From the NCBI GenBank assembly GCA_976226885.1, contig OZ320313.1:155806001-155870000 (forward strand): a stretch of 64,000 nucleotides of DNA, in the 5' to 3' direction. Each line of letters begins with the position of its first letter. Within the stretch, counting starts at the first letter, position 1. This DNA is from Iphione sp. A-MEVVRFRX5. Its lineage: Eukaryota. The translations under genes were made by a program, and so were the position numbers. Below the pieces are notes generated by a model, which worked only from the letters and a program-made list of their open reading frames with translations, searched no databases and had not been told where the DNA came from. This document shows positions 38,201 to 49,100 of this stretch, piece after piece.

Positions 38201-39656
38201 AGCATTTTGTGTATTGACATTTACGTAGTTCGTCCAACCAATTGTAAGGTATCTACATATACATCAAGATCAATATGTACGTGTCCATGTTTTCCGTACA
38301 CGTTTCCTTAATTTTTGGCATCTAGACTTAATCAATGCAGTGTTTCAATGTCTCTTTATATTCAGATTAAAAGCATAGACTGTGTTGGACATTGGGATAT
38401 GTCCTATTTCTTACAACACAGTGCTTCCATGTTTATGATAGACGTACATGGAAGCGGGATACAAATACTGTACACAGGTAAGGTGTATCTGTAGGTGAGC
38501 GTCATGGTTTGATTGGAGAAATTTGCATGAAAAAAGGGCTAGTCCATGCACAACCAGTACAAATTACACAAAGTCCAAGCTTACATACCCCCAGATCAGC
38601 AAGGAAAACGCGCACAGTGCTACATGGAAATTAAGCCTATAAAATGATGATTGTTATGAAAGTTTTATTAAGTGAATACAACAATGTGGCTAAAGGTGAG
38701 CTGTATAAAGAAAAGATGAGAAACCAACGTTACAGGTCTAAGATGGGAGGTAGAAAATTAAACAGGTAAAGGGAGTTGTTGAGTTACGTCTAGAGACTTG
38801 ATCAAATTAATCGGTCATAATGATGTAACGTGCTATTTTTAGGTGCCTCCTCAGCAGATATCTGCCGTATGTATTTGATAAAGCCAAACAATCATACTGT
38901 GTTTTTCTGTCCACCACAAACAGATGGTTTTATTTATAAACATAATATTTGAAAATGTTACATAGGACTGTGAAATAGAGAACAAATATCAGCGAAGGTC
39001 AGGGGAACATAGCTCCTGTAGACGATGAATAACGTTAAAAAGGATGGAAGCAACTATATAAAACATCCAACTAGACTTTACAACGCTAAATAAATTAGAA
39101 TAAAGTAGAATGATATAGCAAAACCCTGTCTCAGAATTGTCTGTGCCAGCACATTATCTTCGGTAGTCCCTTACCGATTTAGTCAAGCTGCCTATGCTTT
39201 AGCTGAGCATACAAATAAAAATGTTTCTATTCACCTGTTACACCAGAAGCGGAATATCCCTTCACGTCATCTGTAACCAATGACATTTCTTGCAGGAAAG
39301 TACTGAATAGAAAGGAAAAAAAACTATAATCAACCGGAATTGTAAACGTTTTCAAGTCTTATGTCACGGTCTCTTAAGAGAAGGACACTGCGTATGTTGG
39401 CATTTAGGTAATAATCTATCATGTACAACATTAAACCAAGAACCAAAGGTAAACCAGCTGCATCCAACGACGTAGTGAACAGGGTGGACTATTTAGATAT
39501 GTTGCCAAATTGCTTCCATGAACAGAATTCCCACATACTGAGTCAGCAGGAGAGGTACCGTATGAACGCTATAAATATCTTCTGAAATTATACGGATATA
39601 TACATGAATATGTATATGTGTCTAATTCTATGGTGAAATTCTTTACAACATCCCTC

Positions 39657-39662
39657 TTTATT
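39657..39662 (-). promoter_or_regulatory. Candidate polyadenylation signal AATAAA for the astacin-VWA gene
   Basis: tttatt on the + strand about 440 nt downstream of the stop; such hexamers are common in AT-rich DNA. Confidence 0.25.
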
Positions 39663-40098
39663 CGCCATGAAGTGCTCCATTCCTTGCGATGAAATCGAAT
39701 TAACGTACAACAGCGATAATACTCTTACAGATTTTTCCTTTTAAATTTTTTTTTTTAGAAATCTACGAATTTATACACATATCCTTGAAATAGAAGTAAA
39801 AAATTCTACAGACGTATAAAACTGATCATCAAATACACTACTTGGATGATAAATGATTTGTTCGCAGTAAACGTGCCTCATATATGCATTAATTTCCCGA
39901 CTCAATCTTACCACGCAGAAAGTTTCACTTCTCTGACATCATTTACCGTCATTACGAATAAACGAAACATCACACAAAGCTTGCTAGTTTGAAACGCATC
40001 CTCCTTATATACACGACATAATTTGATTACATCAAACGGCGACACTTTTAAGCATCAATGCAAGATCTCATGATCATTTATGTGGTGAGTTGTATTTG

Positions 40099-40165
40099 TC
40101 ACACAGGTATGCAAATGTTGTTGGAAAAGTCCGCCTCGTATCCATAGCAGCAAGGCTGACAAGGT
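40099..40165 (-). CDS. Exon 24 (terminal): [21 protein letters not shown]-stop
   Basis: Strong acceptor ctctttttcttccag; phase 2 fits; TGA at 40099-40101. Confidence 0.82.
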
Positions 40166-43100
40166 CTGGAAGAAAAAGAGGTGAGGTTTAGAGCAGTTGT
40201 TTTCGATGAAAAAAGAGGGCACGGGCAACTATAGAGTACACGAATTTCACCTTTCTAACAATACACGTACATGTATATATTTAGCATATTGTCTTGTATC
40301 TTAACCAGACCTGTGAGCAGCTTTGACAAATTGGCGCTTCATGGGTCCTTGACCCCACTTACATTTTGATTGATTCTACAAGCAGTCTTTATATATTTAT
40401 TTATATGAAATTCAATTAGTTGCGCACATTTAAATCCTATGGTATTCATGAACATACATAGTACTTATGTTATTAAATATACATGCGTTTATAGAAACGT
40501 TACATTAATAAATATATATCAATGAGGATGGGGGAAGAATATTCAGTGGGGAAACAGATCGTGGACTATTAATCTTTCCTGTGTGACTACCTCATAAACT
40601 AGTGGAACAAATGCTCCAGTCTTGCCAAGCCGGTTAACGAACTTCATTCAGCAACAAACTGACACGTCTGCCCCATTCACTTAACATTATTGTTATTAAC
40701 AAGGACAAGGTAACTGTTTCACTTAATAACTGTTTCCCCCGGGAAGAAACTGTTCCTGAGGCCGAAGAAGGGAGCGGCTCTTGTTCATGAAGGTAAGCGG
40801 GGTCGTCATGGATATCAAACAGGTTTCGAAGAGATGCACCCACCTTTTATATTTCACCGACGCTACGTAGAAACTACATACATCATTGTTTGTACAGGGC
40901 TGCAGGTTACAGGACGTCTCATCAGGCACCCCACAACTAGAAGAACAAATTTGTGCATGTTGTTATTCTCTAGTTTGGCTCATGAAAACCATTTCGAACA
41001 TTTATATTCATTTCATTTCATTGTATCTGAATTAGGAATATATTCACCTATTGTCAGGATGGGGCTCTTGTATATCCTCCTGGGGTAGCATACTACCATC
41101 TATTATTGAGAATTAAGATACCAGAATATCCAGGGTTGCCCCCTGCTCTTACTTCATAAAGGTTTCTGAGGTCTTTTTGTGTATAGGGGATATAATTCTA
41201 TACACCTACACACTTTTTATGAGTTGTGGACCACTCTGGGTTGGGGCTACAGTAAATCTGTCTGGTCTTAATCAAGAGTCCCAAGCCCAGGATTGAACCT
41301 GCCACCTCTCAATCAGTGAACCAGTGCTCTACCACTGAGTTAACTCCCCAGGTGAAAAAAAGATACAAACTGTGCCTCCAATTCATGGATCTATCATATT
41401 TCATGTACTGCATATTATAAGGCATATATATTCATGGTACATGTACATATTTTAACTGATGAATAATGAAATTATCATGAAGGTACTATCACATTCAAAG
41501 GTAGTCCACTTAAGGACAACAAAACAATGCTAAAGAAAAGCAGTCTGGACTGATAGTGTGAGTGAACATTTATTTTCAAACTGACTTGTACTTTACATGA
41601 AGTACAGAGAGTATTCCAAAACCGAACACTCAAAATCCGAATTGCCCGAAATCCGAACGATATTTCCAGGGACGAATCGTTTTCCTCTTTCTAGCTACTC
41701 AGATATACGAAATATGCCAATTCCGAATCCGAACGCTGGTATTTCATTAAAATTAGTAAGAAATACACTCGAAAACCGAATGCTCAGCCCGCCAGAGGCT
41801 TCTGCGTCATCAAAGGTTAGTGACTTGGAGGGGAACTGAGCTCGCCCTGGTCGACGGGGGCCTCTCCATAGGTGTCGATCGAGGTGAGAGCACGTCAAAG
41901 GGTAGCGAATTGGAGGGGAACCAAGCTCGCCCTGGTCGACAGGGGCCTCTCCGTAGGTGAGAGTCGCTCAAAGAGAGTCGCTCTCGTAGGTGAGAGTCGC
42001 TCAAAGGGTGGCCTGAGGCCCCCCTAACTGTGTGAAATTGAGAGTGGCCTCAGGCCACAATTCCAAATACGAATTATCCCAAATCCGAACGATTTTGACG
42101 GAAACGGCAATCGTTCGGTTTTGGAATTCTCTCTGTACATGTATTATGAAATCAGTTTCCAGTGCTCATAGGTTGTATGTATTGAAACAGGAAGCCAGAT
42201 ACCAATAATGTACGACAAACAGATGTACGGATGGCAGCGTGAGTCCAGTATCAAAAGTGTCCAAACTCTTCGTAAGTAAAACATGGATGTTTTCATGTGT
42301 GTATGGGGTGTGCAGCATATAACATGTCAGCATGCTTCATGTTTTGAAAATGGAACATGCTCATTTTGCCATGAGGCATATATGACATGTGTTTTTTTAA
42401 GAAGGAATTAGTGTTATCAGACATGTAAAAGGAAAAACACTGAATACATATGCCATGGCATGTATACAGTGGTTATTGGATTAACAGAGGATTAATGAAA
42501 CACACTCTTACATGCACACTCCATGCCAACACACATGCATGAAAACCCAGCCTAATACCCAATTTTATGTTCTGCCACAATTTTGGCCTTTGCAGTTTTC
42601 ATATAACCCCATTACTAAACCACTTCTCAACTAGACAACAGCTGCCTCCAACAGCTTCATCATACAACCATGAGTTCAGTTCTATGGTTAGATTGGACGA
42701 TTCTCATGCAGTTTCTCTATCATGTAGAAGATATTGTTGCCTGAAGATCAATCATGGCAGTCATAACACTCAGTCCTATTTATCCGAACTGTCTAACACA
42801 CAATAGCTTCATTTTCCTTTCTTTAATTTCAGAGAAGAACGTCTTGATTGTCAGGTATTTAGAGCCTTCTCTGGATATTAAAGATTCCAAAATCCGTTTC
42901 ATTGAAGGCAGGAAACAAATCGGCAAATATCTTAATGGTCTGTGCGTTCACTTAACTAACCTTTATCTACTGAGACGATTTGAGCTTATTTCTAACTTAA
43001 TTGTTGTGTATGTATTCTTATGTACTTATTTGGATACTATTTCAAGCATGCCGTCTAATCAGGTTGTATAGTGGGTGCACTCGTGCCACGTCCAAATTGA

Positions 43101-46100
43101 GGCTTTCCATAGGATTGTAGGTTAATTGTTCCTTAGTGACCAAATTGGAGCAATGTACATATATAAATATATACAAGTATATATATATTTTTAAACCTGG
43201 TTGCACCTCATGGGAGAGAGACATAACCCCTTTTCAGCCACATGTCTCTCTATATATGTATTCAATATTTTTTCTTGGTGATGTTATAGTTATTCCTTCG
43301 TTTGATATAAAATGAAATCAATTGCGATCAATCCTTTAAGATTGAAACCAGAGGCAGAGGGGATACAATGTAACTTTGCTATCTCCCCCAATCTGCCAAG
43401 TGGATGGTCATGCTCTCCACCCCCTTTTCTTCCCCTCCCACCTTTCCGGAAGTCCTTTTCTTCGTCTATTCATATTACCAGTACATGTAGGCGGATCCTG
43501 GATGGGTCATGCCGTTACCAACTCGGTACCCAACTCTCAGTCTGTGACTAACTTTCAACCCGATTATTTGTTTGAAAATGCTTGCAACCGAGGAAGTTAT
43601 TAATGGATTTAATGGCATTAAATTACGCATATCGAAAGCAAAGATATGCTGATTTATAGCTTGTAGTTACTTGAATTGTTGGAGAATCGCACTGTTCTTA
43701 TAGTAGTCACTGCCAACACAAAGCACTCTCTTACCTGATCAGCCGCCCGTAGCTGTCCGCACACTGGCGGTAGCGCCATTTTCTGCCGCAGCCACCACAG
43801 GGCCTGGAACAGGTGGTCCATGCACCCCATCCCGGATCTGAGCAGTACACAAATAAGTGACGCAATCGGACAATGGGCACTGTATCCTTAACTTTAAAAA
43901 ATAGGGTGAAAACTACCCCGCTGCGGTGCGGTTCTCAGAGAAGGGAATTAACGCGTGATAGTCTGAGGGGTTCGATCGATTTCTTCTCATAAAGCACCTT
44001 TGTGCATAAGCGATACTGATTTTTTTTAAACAGTTGGTCAAAATGGTGAACAGTTATACACAAGTATAGCCAACCTTCGTTACGAACTTTATGATAAAAT
44101 CATACATTTGCCTGAAAATGACATTGTGGAGTGAATGGATTTTCATATTAAGGATCAGTTGCTTTTGTTTTGCTGAAACGGTGCCTGTGGGATGATTAGT
44201 ATGCGAATACGTCGGTAATAGAGAAATGGAAATTTGGATTATCTTATGCAATGCTTTCCATGTACCTGTGGTGGTGGTAGTGGTGGAAGACGTAGTGGTA
44301 GGAATGGGTTTTACCGTCCGTGGGTATGGTCGCTTCCCTCCAACGAACGGATCTGGACCTCGATCTGGTAGGTAGATGACATGAATAAGAATTGACTGGG
44401 AATTTGTAGTGGTCGTTGACACCCTCTGATAACACCACACTCGAATCTTTCCAAGGTGGCCTCAGTAAAACAGGATTACAAAGTGATGTTTTATTCCTTT
44501 TTTGTCAAAAGCATGGTACCAGAGTGAAATATGATCTTTATAGCTCTGGGCCAGCTCTCTCAGTATATCCACAAATAAAAGCATTGTATACAGTAATATA
44601 AACGAAGACACGGGTATTCTATCAAAAACAACATGCCATGCCCGATGAACAATATAGATAATCAATTCGATTACTTATCATTAGAATGTGAGATGACGCA
44701 AAGTACTAATCATAGTACATGTATTTCATTATAATATCTGCTGACTCATCAAATTGGTAATTTGTTACTATGCTACATTTTGTTTTCATCTCACTCTTTT
44801 TCATGAGAGAGGATTTTCCTTGTGTGCATCATGTTTGACTGGGTCTCATCTTCATGACACGTGGCAAAACAGCTTTCCTTCCCTGTTGCATACTCTCATT
44901 AATTATATACATTCACAAAAATTAGTAAAGGGCATACTTACTATATCTAGAGCAAATTGAACGAACGAGATTGTCTCTAATTTGATAGAGTCTGTCAAAT
45001 CTATCTGTGAAGAAAGCATGGGCGGAAGTCGGCTGGTTGGCAATCCCTGTGACCTCGTCCCGGTTCACCTGTGACGTCACACCGACAGCATACAGCTCGA
45101 TGCCCTGCTGTCGGGCGACATCCGCTTCCGGGATGGTCAAGTGCGCGTCGATGTTGGAGCGACCGTCGGTGACGACGATGCCGATCTTGGGCACCGTCGT
45201 TCGCGAGTGGTCGACATCCGCCAGCAGCTGACTGCGCATGACCAGGATAGCGCCGGAAGTGTTGGTCCACTCGTTCCTCCAGGGGAGGCGGTAGATGGCG
45301 TCGATGAGGCTGTCCGTGTGCAAGTACCGGCCCAGAGGGATATCGAGACGGGCCGTGGTGCCGAACGTGATGACGCCCAGGCGGTCGTTGTTGGATCCCA
45401 TCGGAAGAAGCCGCACTATCTCCGTCACGAACTGCAGCAGGTGGCGCCAGTTAGCCGGGCCCACGCTGTTCGAGGAGTCCAGGGCGATGCCAATATCCAG
45501 CGGGTGGCAGTCTTGGCAAAGGGGATGAAAGGTGTGGTGGTGTTAAAGTTATAGCCAGCAGATGTAGGTGACTATATGGCCTTAGCCCAAGTGTTCATAG
45601 TCGAGTGAAAAGGGAAGTAGTTTTTGTAGATATGATAAAGCTACCACCTCGTTTTGAGAAATGACTACGAGAATTGATTCATCGCGCGAGTTAAGCCTTG
45701 ATGCAGAGACGAGGAAACATATTTGTACATTAGTGATTAGAGACTAACACTTGTACGTTATATAATCTACTCCACTCAGCCTCACTAAAATTGTGTTGTT
45801 CAGCATGCTTTTAGGCAAGATAAACGCAAGATATAGAAAAAGCTCACTCCGAATTCACTCCTCATATGCATGTTCATGTATCATACAAGTGGCAACATTG
45901 CAGACTCTACAACATAAGGTAGTTAAATAGAATATACATATATATCATTGATCGCTACAGTTACGCATGTGGGAATCTCAAATACGAGTAAAGCCACACA
46001 CTATGGTAAACATGGCATGCCTTTATTTGAGCTAGTATGAAATATAGCGTATATTAGGTTATTCCTACATTGGAACACTCCGACTGGCGGTGCCGGGGTT

Positions 46101-49100
46101 GGTGGTGATGGAGTCGCCGGGGATGGGGTGGGACGAGTGGTCACTGGTGGATAGACGGAGACGGCAGGTCGAGTGGTCATCTGACCGTCAGCTGAAACAT
46201 GATTGGCTCTCGAGGTAAAAACCAGTTGTCACGATGAAAACGAATTTGTCGATTGGTGTTGACAATTTGGAATTAAAAATGACCTCTCCTACGATCCATT
46301 TTATTATTTAGTATGTCCATTACAATTTCTCCCCATGAATTTATTTTTCTAGAGTAAAACGTTAATGGATAATTTAACAAGCGTGAACTTGGCATTTCTT
46401 TTTTGATACAAGCGCCTTCGGCGGTGGCAGCAGGGTCTTGCTTTGTTGAGGCATGGGGATAGAATTCTACAACCTTCGGTCATGCTTCATTGCACACACA
46501 GAGGTGTAGGGATACTATATCTCATAAACCCTCAGATCAGAGGAAGTGAGGGAGAGAAAGAGAGGGAGGGAGGCAGGGAGGGTAGGAGGGAAGGAGTGAG
46601 GCAGGGAGAGAGACCAGGAAGGAGAGAGAAGGGCAGGTAGACATAGGGAGGGAAGAGGGAGGGAGAAAAGGAGAGGGAGAGAGGAGGAGGGAGAGAGACA
46701 GAGGAAGGGAGGAGGCAGAGGAAGGGAGGGAGAGAAGAAGAGGGAGAGAGGAGGAGGGAGAGAGGGGGGAGCAAGGGAGAAAGGGAGGCAGAAGAAGGGA
46801 GGGAGAGAAAGAGATAGAGGCAGGGAGGGTAGAGAGAGGGAGAGAAGTGGAGGGAGAGAGTGGAAGGGAGAGAGAGAGGCAGATAGAAGGAGGGAGGGAG
46901 GCAGAGGAAGGGAGAGAGAAAAGGAGAGGGAGGGAGGCAAGGAGGGTGGGAGGGAGGGGAGGAGCAAGGCAGGGAGAGAGGGAGGGATATGGAGAGAGGG
47001 GAGAGGGAAGGACAGAAGGGGAGGGAGAAGGGATGAGCAAGAGAGGAATGGGAGGGAGGGAGGCAGAGGAAGGGAAGGAGAGGAGAAGAAGGGAGGGAGA
47101 CATAGGAAGGAAGGGAGAAAAGGAGAGAGAGGAGGGAGAGAGGGAGAGAGAGGGAGGGAAGGAGAGGAGAGGAACGGAGGAAGAGTAAGAGGGAGGGGGA
47201 GAATTAGATGAAGGGAGAGAGGGAGGGAGAGAGGGGAGAGAGAGATAGGGCAATGTGTTATATAGGTAGTGTAACCAGGCAATTTCATTACTTCATGTCG
47301 CCAGCTATTCATCTTGACTGGCTATTTGATTTGATTTTATGCACAAGGAAATAATATCAGTCTATGAACTTACGTATCGTGGAACATATTTTCTCAGCCA
47401 GCTGACTAGCCATCGTCCACAAAGTTTGGAAACTGTCGATGCGTGTCAGGTATCTATCGTCCGGGTTGGACGCAATGAAGCGTATCTCGGGTAGGTCTAT
47501 ATTGGGCCCCACACCTAATAAATCGTAAATATGATACCAAATAATTATGTTTCATCCGTAGGATCGAGTGACATGAGCAAACAGGTATGCTGATTTCCAA
47601 AAAATATTATCTAGGTACACTGGGGAAAGAACAATAACCTGGAAAAGAACATGTTTGGAGATTTAAAAAACCTGCAAGTCCTTATCGATATACAGTGGCG
47701 CCACCTGGCTTTTCGCAGAAATAAATTTTGTATATTTATAGTCAGATTTGCCTCAGCTCTCTGTCATGATTGATAGTCAAGTCACTGGTTATGTAAAATG
47801 CATGCACATATGTAAGAGACACAATTACATAACTCATTTCATTGTGTAAGCTAAGGACGTGTATGCACCGCTAGTGTGATTGAATATACCTGTGTACATA
47901 CTTAAGAGGGCACCCCATGAGGACACGCAGATATCATATCGACTTTGGTGCCACCTGGCAGCGCAGAAACTGTTCTCAGTTGTTAGATCAAATATCATCT
48001 GATGGTGCACGATACATATATTTGACAGTTATGGCGCACATTTTCAGAAATATAGCTTCAAACTTGTTAACAAGGTGGTCCGCAGGCAAATCGTCAATGA
48101 GAACGTTGTTAGTCGTAGCATGCCCGCGCATCTCTGGGAATCCCCACATCAGTACAAGAATGAATTTTTCTCATCACAACCGTCTACAAGGAGAGTTAAG
48201 ATAATTGGTTCTCGGCCTACCTATGGCATACATGTGGATGCCCTCTCTGTGTACCAGCTCCGCCTCCGGCAGGGTATTCGCCCGGTCGCGGTTCGACTCG
48301 CCGTCCGTCACCAGGATGCCGACCTTCGTCGCCGATGCTCGTGCTCCGTCGTTGAAGCTGAAGAGCTGCTCGCGCATGACGCGCAGACCGCCGGATGTGT
48401 TCGTCCACTCGTCCTTCCAACGGATGCGGTCGATGGCCGCAAACATGGCCGCGGGATCGTCGAACTGGCCGAGCCGCACGTTTAAGGTCGCACGGTTACC
48501 GAACGTGATGACGGAGAACTGGTTCCGGGTCGGGCCGTAGGGCATGAGTCTTATGAGTGCTTTGGTGAAGTTGAGCATGATTGGCCAGTTGCTTGCACCG
48601 ATACTGCCGCTTGAATCAAGCACAAAGACCACGTCGGCCTGAGTCCTCGAGCAGCCTGTATACAAACGTCATATTGAAAGTTAAATTGTTACCTTGAGAG
48701 AATAAATCTAGACCATCCCTGAGTTCATCTAGCCGGAGAATATAAATGTAATTAAAGCCAATGCCTGACTAATCAATTCAGCTTAAAAGGCTCGGTTTGA
48801 AACTAGGCGCAAGATACTGAATTCAGAGGAAAGAATATCCAAAAAAAGGGGCACACGCCTCGTACTGCAAATAACGTACGCATTCTCATCATCTGCACCA
48901 CACAGGTCATCGCCAAATATAAAATACCATCCAGCACTCATTTGACACGATAATTATGGACACCAGTATAGACTTTCAAAGAAAGAAATCTCACCTGCCG
49001 ATGGTGGGAAACTGGGTCTAGTCGTCTGCAACCAAGGTGGCCTTTGAGTGGTGCTGGGCGGCGATGGGAAAGGTGTTCGGTTGGGTGTCGGTCCCTGGGT

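Noticed and set aside
43478-43546. Possible minus-strand exon after the first TSP1 exon ([11 protein letters not shown]...)
   Set aside because: The acceptor is weak and purine-rich, and the peptide lacks the Cys needed to finish TSP1. The exon at 40844-40936 completes the domain.
46443-47312. ORFs of 113-265 aa rich in L/S/P or E/R/G
   Set aside because: They are translations of the polypurine tract inside an intron whose flanking exons already join in phase.
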